Origin: Nitrososphaera sp.
GTDB taxonomy: Archaea; Thermoproteota; Nitrososphaeria; Nitrososphaerales; Nitrososphaeraceae
Direction: 5' to 3'
DNA: 42,443 nucleotides
NCBI RefSeq assembly: GCF_050748925.1
Contig: NZ_JBOGQF010000001.1
Coordinates: 1 to 42,443 of the forward strand
Part shown: piece by piece, positions 9,443 to 17,799 of the stretch
How positions within the stretch are numbered: the first letter of the stretch is position 1
Layout of the letters: the number at the start of each line of letters is the position of its first letter
Position numbers and translations under genes: made by a program
The notes under the pieces: generated by a model
The model's input: the letters and a program-made list of their open reading frames with translations, nothing else
What the model was told of the DNA's origin: nothing
Databases searched by the model: none

Positions 9443-9868
9443 TTGATGTTGATGTCTCCTTCGCAACTCTTTGCGAGGCCCCTTCTCATCTATGACGACA
9501 AGTGCTATTCGTGCACCCAGTTTGCCAGGGCTGCAAGCGCGCTTTCGAGGGGCTGGATAAGGACGGCAGGCCACTATTACTCGCAGGAGGCAAAGGCCGC
9601 CGCTTTGGCGGCCTTTCCGCAGGGCTATGACCCGACAAACATGTTCTGGCTCATCAACAGCCGCGGAGCGTTTGGCGCACGGACAGGCCTGCCAAGGGTT
9701 GCCAGGGAGATCGTGGCAGGCTGGTTCAAAGGCGGCAAGAACGCCGACCAGTTTGCCCCCGTGTGCGAATATACGCAAGAGATGTCGTGCTATACGCCTA
9801 CCAACGTGTTCCGGCGCCTTGCCACGATGCTGAGCCACGGCGCGTCATTTACTTTTGCGCGCGGCTGA
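9443..9868 (+). CDS. DCC1/DUF393-like thiol-disulfide oxidoreductase
   Basis: N-terminal LIYDDKCYSC (DxxCxxC). Confidence 0.75.
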   Translation: MMLMSPSQLFARPLLIYDDKCYSCTQFARAASALSRGWIRTAGHYYSQEAKAAALAAFPQGYDPTNMFWLINSRGAFGARTGLPRVAREIVAGWFKGGKNADQFAPVCEYTQEMSCYTPTNVFRRLATMLSHGASFTFARG

Positions 9869-9876
9869 CGTGCATC

Positions 9877-10239
9877 TTACCGCAAGAGCCTGCGCTGGTC
9901 TTCGTCAAACGTCTCCAGGCTGACGCCCAGCTCCCGCGCAAGCGCCGCAAAAATGGCGTCATAAAACGTGCACCTTTTCTCGCAGGCAAGTTCGTAGGCT
10001 TTTCTGGTTACCTGGGCGTCGGGCTTTACAAACCGGATTGCGTTTGTAGATGCAAGCTCGAACAACAATCCGAGGTGTGGCCTGCCGTCCTTCAGGTCCT
10101 TCAGAATTGCCTCGTGCTTCCATACTGCATTTATGACCTCGTAGAGGGCGATGTCTGGAGCGACGATTGCCTCGTGTTCAAGCAAGGATGCGTCCTTTAG
10201 CAGCCCTTCAACAAGGTAGCTGCTGTCCGCGACGAACAT
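9877..10239 (-). CDS. vapC: PIN-domain toxin (VapC family)
   Basis: VADSS, LYEVINAVWK, TFYDAIFAALA and LETFD acidic PIN motifs. Confidence 0.88.
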   Translation of the reverse strand: MFVADSSYLVEGLLKDASLLEHEAIVAPDIALYEVINAVWKHEAILKDLKDGRPHLGLLFELASTNAIRFVKPDAQVTRKAYELACEKRCTFYDAIFAALARELGVSLETFDEDQRRLLR

Positions 10240-10242
10240 CTT

Positions 10243-10461
10243 TTATCTGCTCCTGTCTTCCTTGATGAGCGAAACATCTTCAGTTGCCGTCGTCCTGATG
10301 CCACTTGCTCTTTGAAGCTCCTTTAGCCTCTTGAATGTTCTCTTTGACTGCTCCGAGTCGAGGTACAGCGCTATGGCTTCTTTTATTACAGACGAGATCT
10401 TGCCGTGCTTGCGGAGCGCAAGCTTCTCTTTCTCTGAAATCCTGATGCTTATTATTGTCAT
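10243..10461 (-). CDS. vapB: Antitoxin (VapB-like, ribbon-helix-helix)
   Basis: 72 aa with N-terminal IISIRISEKEK and a C-terminal IKEDRSR end; 3 nt upstream of the PIN gene. Confidence 0.75.
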   Translation of the reverse strand: MTIISIRISEKEKLALRKHGKISSVIKEAIALYLDSEQSKRTFKRLKELQRASGIRTTATEDVSLIKEDRSR

Positions 10462-10491
10462 ACATATCGTATTACATTATGTACTATTTAA
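10460..10491 (-). promoter_or_regulatory. vapBC promoter with candidate autorepression operator
   Basis: Minus-strand TTAAATA at 10485-10491, with the palindrome TACAT-T-ATGTA at 10473-10483 between it and the ATG. Confidence 0.5.
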
Positions 10492-10572
10492 TGGTGTCCG
10501 GCTTGCCCCGATGGCAACGGATGCCGGCCTTGCAGAGATGTATTAAAATAACAATGTGGCAGCCTCTAGGGC

Positions 10573-12090
10573 ATGGCCCAGATCAAGGTGGAGAAGGCAA
10601 AAATCGACCAAAAGCAGACTTCGCTTCTTGTTATCGGCGTTTTTGAAAACGAGCAGGATTTTTCCCAGTCCAAAGAGCTTGACCCGTCGGTTCTCACGTA
10701 CATAAAGGAGGCAATCGACAACAAGGACTTTCGCGGCACCTTTGGCACCAGCATCCTCGTCTACACGCTGGGCAAGGGCCCCATGAAAAAGATCCTGGCG
10801 CTCGGCCTCGGCAAGCGCGAGAAATTCACCGACGAGATGGCGCGCATATGCGCTGGCAAGGCCGCGCAAAAGGCACGCGAGCTGGGGACAAAAGAGTTCT
10901 CGATACTGCAGTTTTCAAACCTCGACGAGGGGCTCATCGAGGCAATGACGGAAGGGCTCGCCCTCGCGCTCTACTCGTTTGACAAGTACAAGGTCGTGGA
11001 CAAGGACGCGCAAAAGATAGAGTCGGTGACAGTCCTCATCAACTCCGACTCGCCCCGGTTCCAGATGATAGCCGAGAGGGGAAGCCACGTGGCAGAGGCG
11101 GTCAACTTTGCCCGCGACCTTGGCAACCTGCCCCCAAACGACTGCCCGCCGGCGCACCTTGCAAGCGTCGCGCTCTTGCTTGCATCAGAATACGGCATGA
11201 AGGCCCGCGTCATCGACCGCTATGAACTGGAAAACATGGGCATGGGCGGCATCGTGGCGGTGGGCAAGGGGAGCAACAACCCGTCCAAGCTCATCATCCT
11301 CGAATACAATGGGGCGTCAAGCGACGCCAGGCCGTACCTCTTGGTGGGCAAGGCGGTAACGTTTGACACGGGCGGCATATCGATAAAGCCGGGCGAAAAG
11401 ATGGACGAAATGAAGTTTGACAAGTGCGGCGGGTGCGACGTGCTTGCCATATTGCGGGCAGTCGCGTCGATGAAGCTTGCGGTAAACGTCGTCGGCATCG
11501 TGCCGTCGGCAGAGAACATGCCGTCAAGCACCTCATACCGGCCCGGCGACATTGTCAGGATGTACAACGGCAAGACCGTAGAAGTCTTGAACACGGATGC
11601 CGAGGGCAGGATGATACTTGCCGACGCGCTTGCCTATGGGATTGCAACATACAACCCCAAGGCAGTCATTGACCTTGCCACCTTGACGGGAGCGGCGATA
11701 ATCGCCCTCGGCTCCAACGTCGCGGCGCTGATAGGAAACAACAAGCAGCTGACCGACAGGGTCCGGAGGATGGCAGAAAAGTCGGGCGAGCGCATGTGGG
11801 ACCTCCCGCTGTACGACGAGTTCCACGAGCAGATCAAGAGCTCGTACGCCGACATCAAGAACATCGGCGGCAGGCCCGGCGGCGCCATCACGGCGGCGGC
11901 GTTCCTGTCCAACTTTGTCAACGGTGTCCCTTGGGTCCACATGGACATCGCCGGCACGGCCTGGACGCAGGACGGCACGTACGAAAGGAGTTACAACCCC
12001 AAGGGCGCGACCGGCTTTGGCATAAGGACGCTGGTCAAGCTCTTGATGGAAGAGGAAAAGCCGCAACAGCAGGCGTCGCAACAACAGTAA
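10573..12090 (+). CDS. pepA: Leucyl aminopeptidase (M17)
   Basis: GKAVTFDTGGISIKP, MKFDKCG, NTDAEGR, DLATLTG, HMDIAG. Confidence 0.95.
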   Translation: MAQIKVEKAKIDQKQTSLLVIGVFENEQDFSQSKELDPSVLTYIKEAIDNKDFRGTFGTSILVYTLGKGPMKKILALGLGKREKFTDEMARICAGKAAQKARELGTKEFSILQFSNLDEGLIEAMTEGLALALYSFDKYKVVDKDAQKIESVTVLINSDSPRFQMIAERGSHVAEAVNFARDLGNLPPNDCPPAHLASVALLLASEYGMKARVIDRYELENMGMGGIVAVGKGSNNPSKLIILEYNGASSDARPYLLVGKAVTFDTGGISIKPGEKMDEMKFDKCGGCDVLAILRAVASMKLAVNVVGIVPSAENMPSSTSYRPGDIVRMYNGKTVEVLNTDAEGRMILADALAYGIATYNPKAVIDLATLTGAAIIALGSNVAALIGNNKQLTDRVRRMAEKSGERMWDLPLYDEFHEQIKSSYADIKNIGGRPGGAITAAAFLSNFVNGVPWVHMDIAGTAWTQDGTYERSYNPKGATGFGIRTLVKLLMEEEKPQQQASQQQ

Positions 12091-12094
12091 CAGT

Positions 12095-12667
12095 ATGCCC
12101 GTATTCCCGCTGAACAAACTGGTAGGCGAACTGTCAGAGCTTGGCTACTCTTGCAGGCCCGGCGCGTGGTCAGACATCAACGCCGGCCTGCAGCCATACT
12201 TTGAGCGGTGGCTGAAAAACCGCGACGGCTTTGTCACGATGGAGCGAGGCAGCATCGACTACATCGGGATTGAGGAAGTCGTCAGGATGGGGCCGTTTTA
12301 CAACGTCTATTTCCTGGTGGCAAGCGGCTCGCTTGCCGACGGCGACAGCAACGCGCACAACCTTGTGGACGCGATACCGTACTACCGGCTGCGCGGAGGC
12401 AAGCCGGCAAACCTCGGTTGGAGCGGCGGGGTGCTCTCTACCCTGCTGGCAAAGGACGCCGAGCTGTCAGCCGAGCTTGCAAAAAACATCATGAAAGATG
12501 AGGTCAAGCGCATCAACGTCCGGGCGCGGGACTATTGCTGCGTCATCGAGACGGGCGCGTGGGACCCGGCAGGCATCGCCTCGGTGTTTGGCATAGCCGA
12601 GAGGATCGGGGTGCACGCACGCAAGCTGATGAAGCAGGTGCACTTTGGGGAAAATGCTGATGTATAG
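12095..12667 (+). CDS. Hypothetical protein
   Basis: 190-aa ORF starting 4 nt after pepA, with genome-like codon usage; no motif recognised. Confidence 0.7.
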   Translation: MPVFPLNKLVGELSELGYSCRPGAWSDINAGLQPYFERWLKNRDGFVTMERGSIDYIGIEEVVRMGPFYNVYFLVASGSLADGDSNAHNLVDAIPYYRLRGGKPANLGWSGGVLSTLLAKDAELSAELAKNIMKDEVKRINVRARDYCCVIETGAWDPAGIASVFGIAERIGVHARKLMKQVHFGENADV

Positions 12668-12671
12668 AAAA

Positions 12672-12789
12672 GATGCCAGCACTGCTGCTTCCCGACGGCT
12701 CACGCACATCAGTAACACAGCAGCGACGACAGGTTTGACTTCCGGGTTCGGAATGGGACCGGGTCGCACCCTGCCGCTATGACCGGCTT
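12672..12789 (-). rRNA. rrf: 5S rRNA (stand-alone)
   Basis: The minus strand reads GCCGGUCAUAGCGGCAGGG...CCCAUUCCGAACCCGGAAGUCAA...GCUGGCA. It has the conserved CCGAAC loop, helix I pairing GCCGGU/GCUGGC, about 118 nt length and a downstream T-tract. Confidence 0.95.
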
Positions 12790-12810
12790 ACAGTTCCTTT
12801 TCATAAAGGC

Positions 12811-12820
12811 TAATTTAAAC
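12811..12820 (-). promoter_or_regulatory. TATA box of the 5S rRNA gene
   Basis: Minus-strand GTTTAAATTA about 25-30 nt upstream of the 5S 5' end. Confidence 0.65.
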
Positions 12821-12861
12821 TTGCCCATGCCGGTCCTGTAGGCATATGGCAACGCCTGGGC

Positions 12862-15800
12862 TCACTCTGTGGCCCTCCTTTCAAATGGATTGATGACGCT
12901 TGTCTTTTCCTTTTCATCAACGTGATATACTTCATATTCGCCTTTTAACCCGACAAGTTTTTCAGCACTGGGAGTGAATGCGTATTCGTCCATCTCTTTG
13001 ACTTGCTCAAAAAGCATCTGCCCTATGACCAGCCCATTGGGCTTGGCTTTTGAATTGATCTTTGCACAAATGTTCATTGCCGAGCCAAACAGATCCTCGC
13101 TTTGGGAGGAGCTGGATTTTGCAACCGAGACCTCGCCATAGTCCGCGCTTATCCGGTACTGGACTGGCGGCAATTTTTCACTGAGCATTTTCGCGTTGAG
13201 CGCGCCGCTTACCATGCCCATCGTAAGGCAGCAGTCCAAAACGTTCTTGAAATTCCTGGCGCTCTTGCCTGGATCGTCCTGCCGCTCGGTATTGTCAAAA
13301 TAAAAAATAAGGGCGTCGCCTGCATTCTTTACTATCCTGGCGCCAAAGTTGCCCGCAATACGGGCAATCGTGTTCAGGAAAATCTCATAGTACCTGCTTA
13401 ATTGGGCTGCCGTGAGGTCGGACGAAATCTTGGTGGAGCCCACCATGTCAATAAAGCAGATGCAGCATTCCTGAACTTTTCCTGAAAAGGCAATCTCTTC
13501 GTTTCCAACATTCCAGTTCATTCGTCCCCTTGCCGACATCCCAACTGCCGGGAAATGCTCAAACCTCGTCTCTTTGCCCAGTTTTTCCACCTTCTCTTCT
13601 TCAAGGGCGTTCTGCAGGTGGGGCAACTTTGCCTTCATGCTCTTTATCCTTTCACGCGTCTGCAGGGACACGTACGGCATGTTCTTTTCTATCTCCGTTG
13701 AAAATTGTCTGGAAAACTCGCTGTCTTTCTGGATGGCATCCAGAATCAGAGACTGCCTGTCTTCATCAAACGAGGCAAACGTTTCTGCAAGATCTTTTCC
13801 CAGGACCTTGCCGTATTCCGGGCTAGAGCCTGCATACTCTAGCACTCCGAGCACTTCTGGCAAGTCTAGATGCCTGAAACTTGCCGCAATCCCTCCGGCT
13901 AGCCCTCTTTCAAGACCTGCAGAGCGCGTGGCGCGCATGACCTCTTCGACAGTCCTGCTCCCGGTTGAGGGAAGATAGTGCCCCGCCCCTTCGCCCATGC
14001 CAGCGAGAAAGCCTTCGTTTCCGCCCATCGTCTCTAAAATCCTGCTCCTCTTGTCGCCTTCCAGCATTGAAAAGATGTGGCCCAGGCCAAAGCCAAAACT
14101 CCTCGCAAAATCTGCATCCGTTTGCGCCCTGGACAAAAACCTGGACAACAGCCCCTCGTCGGACAGGTTTGCAAGATTGCCTGCAAACCCTATCGCAAGG
14201 CCCTCTGAAAATTCATTTCCCATTTTTTTGCCGACGGCTGCCGCCGCTTCCTTCTCGACGCTTTCCACTATCTGCCTGCGAATCTTGCCGATGCCCAGGC
14301 CCATGCCAAAACCAAATTCATCCATGCCCGCATGCAATGACAGCCAGTCCCTGGTAGCCGGGGATAAGCGTGGAAATTCAAGTCCGCACCCTTCGCCAAG
14401 GCCTGCGGCAAGGCGCGGATTGTTTTTCGCCAGGCCAAAGATCTTTGTCCGAATTGCCTCCGGCAGGTAAGAGATGCGCAATCCAAGGCCGACGCCAAGG
14501 CCTGTAGACAGCTGCCCGTTGTGCGCAGCGCGCGCAAGTATGTCATTTTTCACAGCGTCTTCGAGGTAAGAAAACACTGAGCCAAGGCCGGTTCCAAGGC
14601 CCCTTGAAAAGCCGGTATCGCCCTCTTCTGCGTGCGACATCGCGAGCCTTCTTTGCGACTCTTCGAGATAGCTGTAGGCTGCCCCGATGCCTTCGCCCAG
14701 GCCGGCTGCAAAGTCCACGTCCTTGTCTGCCATCTGGAATCCCTCCGCGCGGCCCTCTTCTGTCAGGTATGTGAACGTCCTTCCCATGCCGATCCCAACG
14801 CCTCTTCTAAAGTCCGGATCCTTTTCAAAGAATCGCCCAAGGGGCTCGCCTTCCAGCTCGCCTCCAAAGTAAGAGTACATTGATCCAAAGCCGACTCCCA
14901 GGCCTTTAGAGACCTCTGGGTGGCCTGCGGCAAATTCGATGAACCGCTGCTTGTCGGTTTTGTCGTAGACGCTCCAGAGATAGTACCCCGTCCCTTCGCC
15001 AAACCCTTCTGAAAACAAGGGGTCGGAAAGCCTGTCGCGCATCAGTTGCTCTCTTTCGACAGGTGAAAAGTGGCTGGCAATCCTTGCCAACCCGCACCCC
15101 ATTCCTCTTGCAAATTCGCCCCTTGCCGCCATCCTTTCTCTGGTGGTCCGCCTGGCGTCATCGCTGTAGTAAGGCCACGCAAGCGCAGCGCCGGAGCCGA
15201 ATCCCCGGTCAAACTCGCTGTTTGTATCGGCCAACAAAATGACCTGGTCAAAAAATACGGGCTTTAGATAGTCGATATGCGACCCTATGCCAATCCCAAG
15301 GCCCTTCGCAAAGTCATTATTCGAGCCTGCAAAGGCCAGTGCCCTTTTCCTCAACGCGTCACCAATATAATGCCAGGTAAAGCCGAGGCCGTATCCCAGG
15401 CCTGTCGCAAAAGCATTGCTGGCCGCGGCTTTGTTGATGAACATCCCATGGGCTTCGGGCGGCAGGTGCTTTAAGACAAGGCCAATGCCGGTTCCTATGC
15501 CGTCGTCCAGCTTGACGTCATTTTTTAGCAAAACCTGGAGCCGCGATTGAAATTCAGTGGGCAGGTAAAAAAAGCTCGTTCCAAAACCAAGCCCGAGCCC
15601 GTAGGCGACTTCGCCATTGCTGCCAAGCAGCGAGAACAGATCGCCGGGGACAGATTCCCTGTAAATAAATGCGGCATATATCCCGGCGCCAAACGCAAAC
15701 AGGCAATCTTTTTCCACCCTGTCAATTACAAACCTGCGCAGATCTTTGGAGAGATTTGCGTACCCTGCCGCCAGGCCCATCCCAAAGCCGGTGTCCAGTT

Positions 15801-17637
15801 CAGAGCTTTTGTCTGCCAATTCTGCCATCTTTTTGGCGTCTTGCTCTTGCAACAGCCCAAATGTGAGGCCAAAACCAAACCCGAGGCCCCTCGATATCTC
15901 GAAACTCTTTTGCGCTTTTCTAGTTATTTCTTGCTGCAGCTCCGGCTCTAGCGTTGCATATGTGTAGCCGAGGCCCATCCCAAGCCCGTCTGCAAACTGG
16001 GGGTTCTTTTCGGCATGGGACATGACAGCAGTACGCAGGTCGCTTGAAAGCCGGCCGTACAGCCTGCCGGCGCTCTGCCCAAAATACCGGGCAAACAGCA
16101 TGCCGTGATAGATCTTGTCCAGGACCCTTTCGCGGTTGCTGTCGTCGAGCTCCACGAATCGCTCCCCGAGGCTGTCTGCCAGGCCCACCCCAAATTCTAT
16201 TTCGGTGTCGACAAATTCAAGAATCGATTCCTGCAGCGACTCGTCCAGCAGTTCAAAGTTCTCGCCAACGCCGCGCCCGATTGCCCTTTCAAAAACGGCC
16301 TTTTTTTTCATGAACCCGTATACTTGCTCGGGAACTATCCTCTTGGCAGCAACGCCGTCAGGCGGTGAAATGAACTGGATGTTCCTTCCCAGAAACAGGC
16401 CCAGGGAGTAAAGTTCTCCGTCGCCTCGCGGGAGGATTTCCCGGAAATGATTCATCAGGTGCGAAACGATCTTCATCCTGGAATAATCCGGGAGCCTGAC
16501 GGCATTCCTTGCCGAATCGTGCATCGCATAATTCTGGCCTGAAAGGTAGACCCACGTTCCCAACTTTCGGGTAGGCTCGGCAGGCGGGGAACTGCCAAAA
16601 ATCCCATTTTGCAGGGCGGCGATAGAATCATGCGTCCTGTCAAACCCGACTTCGTAGCAGAACCGCAGAATGTAGAGAAAATCCACGTCATTCTGCCGGC
16701 CCGGAATGTTTTTCATCACCTCAAATTGCCTTTCAAAGTAGTCGTAAACAGGCAACCATGCCTGCGCCATCAGGAGGGCCGCTGACGAGTCGGCAGCCGT
16801 TGTCCCGATCTTCAGGCCGTCGCCTGCAGATTGTTTGCCGGCAGAGGTCCTGGCGAGTAGCGCCTTGTAAAAGTCAACTATGGTTAAAAAAAGTGGCTGC
16901 TTTTGCCAGAGGATTCTTGCAATCCTGTCGGTGTTTGTGGACACGTACTTTTCAAATATCTCCCTGTATTCTTTGACATCCTTTCCGTATGCCTTCAGCA
17001 AGGCCTTCATCGTTTCGAGGTCGCATGTGACTTCATGGGTGTATATGTCTGGAATGTCCAGCGTCAGGCCCCTGTACATTTCCAGATAAGTGGGCTTGAG
17101 GGCGATGTATAGGTTCTTGATGGGCCGAGAATTAATGATCTCTAACGCGCCGAAGGCGTTCTGCAGATCTCGCTTGACAAGGCCCTCTGGGAAATTATCC
17201 CAGATTACCAGATCGTTTGGGCCAAACTGGTGAGAAAGCAAGGAGATATTTTCTCTGCGGGCCTCAAGCCCTGCGGGATTAGAGGGATTGATGATAAAGA
17301 TCCTGTCATAATTATTACTGCCAGTTGCCTCCTTGTTTCGAACCAGCTCGATTATTGTCCTGGATTTTCCGCATCCGCTGGGGCCAAAAAGGAAGACTTT
17401 ATCCTCCCTGAGCAGGCTTTGAAAGTCCTTAAAGGGGACAAAGGGAAGATCTTGATGTGCAGATTCGGTAAACTGGACATTAATGGCGGTTGCAATTTTT
17501 TGGACCGTCTGCTTCCAATCCTTATCGGATTGTACCTCGGCAAAGGATACGTCATAAGGTTCGATGGACTTTAGTTCTGTTTTTTGCGTTCTAGCCATGA
17601 AGGGGGCGCCTCGCTGGATATCTCCTCTCATAGACAA
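12862..17637 (-). CDS. Giant multidomain protein: P-loop NTPase (STAND-like) + about 27 x 33-aa Gly-rich repeats + class III adenylate/guanylate cyclase
   Basis: Walker A LFGPSGCGKS, Walker B-like LVIWDNFPEG, repeats FxxGLGxGLGxxFxxL, cyclase motifs FIDMVGST, VKNAGDAL, YRISADYGEV, DLFGSAMNICAKI. Start could be 17637, 17631 or 17598. Confidence 0.88.
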   Translation of the reverse strand: MSMRGDIQRGAPFMARTQKTELKSIEPYDVSFAEVQSDKDWKQTVQKIATAINVQFTESAHQDLPFVPFKDFQSLLREDKVFLFGPSGCGKSRTIIELVRNKEATGSNNYDRIFIINPSNPAGLEARRENISLLSHQFGPNDLVIWDNFPEGLVKRDLQNAFGALEIINSRPIKNLYIALKPTYLEMYRGLTLDIPDIYTHEVTCDLETMKALLKAYGKDVKEYREIFEKYVSTNTDRIARILWQKQPLFLTIVDFYKALLARTSAGKQSAGDGLKIGTTAADSSAALLMAQAWLPVYDYFERQFEVMKNIPGRQNDVDFLYILRFCYEVGFDRTHDSIAALQNGIFGSSPPAEPTRKLGTWVYLSGQNYAMHDSARNAVRLPDYSRMKIVSHLMNHFREILPRGDGELYSLGLFLGRNIQFISPPDGVAAKRIVPEQVYGFMKKKAVFERAIGRGVGENFELLDESLQESILEFVDTEIEFGVGLADSLGERFVELDDSNRERVLDKIYHGMLFARYFGQSAGRLYGRLSSDLRTAVMSHAEKNPQFADGLGMGLGYTYATLEPELQQEITRKAQKSFEISRGLGFGFGLTFGLLQEQDAKKMAELADKSSELDTGFGMGLAAGYANLSKDLRRFVIDRVEKDCLFAFGAGIYAAFIYRESVPGDLFSLLGSNGEVAYGLGLGFGTSFFYLPTEFQSRLQVLLKNDVKLDDGIGTGIGLVLKHLPPEAHGMFINKAAASNAFATGLGYGLGFTWHYIGDALRKRALAFAGSNNDFAKGLGIGIGSHIDYLKPVFFDQVILLADTNSEFDRGFGSGAALAWPYYSDDARRTTRERMAARGEFARGMGCGLARIASHFSPVEREQLMRDRLSDPLFSEGFGEGTGYYLWSVYDKTDKQRFIEFAAGHPEVSKGLGVGFGSMYSYFGGELEGEPLGRFFEKDPDFRRGVGIGMGRTFTYLTEEGRAEGFQMADKDVDFAAGLGEGIGAAYSYLEESQRRLAMSHAEEGDTGFSRGLGTGLGSVFSYLEDAVKNDILARAAHNGQLSTGLGVGLGLRISYLPEAIRTKIFGLAKNNPRLAAGLGEGCGLEFPRLSPATRDWLSLHAGMDEFGFGMGLGIGKIRRQIVESVEKEAAAAVGKKMGNEFSEGLAIGFAGNLANLSDEGLLSRFLSRAQTDADFARSFGFGLGHIFSMLEGDKRSRILETMGGNEGFLAGMGEGAGHYLPSTGSRTVEEVMRATRSAGLERGLAGGIAASFRHLDLPEVLGVLEYAGSSPEYGKVLGKDLAETFASFDEDRQSLILDAIQKDSEFSRQFSTEIEKNMPYVSLQTRERIKSMKAKLPHLQNALEEEKVEKLGKETRFEHFPAVGMSARGRMNWNVGNEEIAFSGKVQECCICFIDMVGSTKISSDLTAAQLSRYYEIFLNTIARIAGNFGARIVKNAGDALIFYFDNTERQDDPGKSARNFKNVLDCCLTMGMVSGALNAKMLSEKLPPVQYRISADYGEVSVAKSSSSQSEDLFGSAMNICAKINSKAKPNGLVIGQMLFEQVKEMDEYAFTPSAEKLVGLKGEYEVYHVDEKEKTSVINPFERRATE
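13625..16300 (-). repeat. Protein-level tandem repeat array, about 27 units of about 33 aa
   Basis: Examples: PQFADGLGMGLGYTYATLEPELQQEITRKAQKS / NAFATGLGYGLGFTWHYIGDALRKRALAFAGSN / TGFSRGLGTGLGSVFSYLEDAVKNDILARAAHN. Units counted by eye; highly diverged at DNA level. Confidence 0.85.
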
Positions 17638-17734
17638 TTAACGATGAAAGGTAAAAAGCATTTGCTTGCTGACATACCAATTCATCTGGAGCGCGCGTTG
17701 AGAAAAGTCGATCCGGCTAAATCTTGACAGTACC

Positions 17735-17799
17735 CAGATTTGGCTTCCGGGTTCGGAATGAGACCAGGTCGCGCCCTGCCGCTATGACCGGCTTGCAGT
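17735..17799 (-). pseudogene. Partial 5S rRNA copy (5' half); direct repeat of 12730-12794
   Basis: Manual ungapped alignment gives 59/65 identity, with all 6 differences transitions. The 3' half of 5S is absent. Confidence 0.9.

Noticed and set aside
12055..12090. Gln-rich tail of PepA
   Set aside because: Short and likely neutral.
12467..12769. 100-aa minus-strand ORF
   Set aside because: Overlaps the 5S rRNA gene and the preceding CDS; spurious.
12795..17734. Autonomous mobile element between the 5S repeats
   Set aside because: No integrase, transposase or terminal inverted repeats are recognisable; reported only as a possible integration scar.
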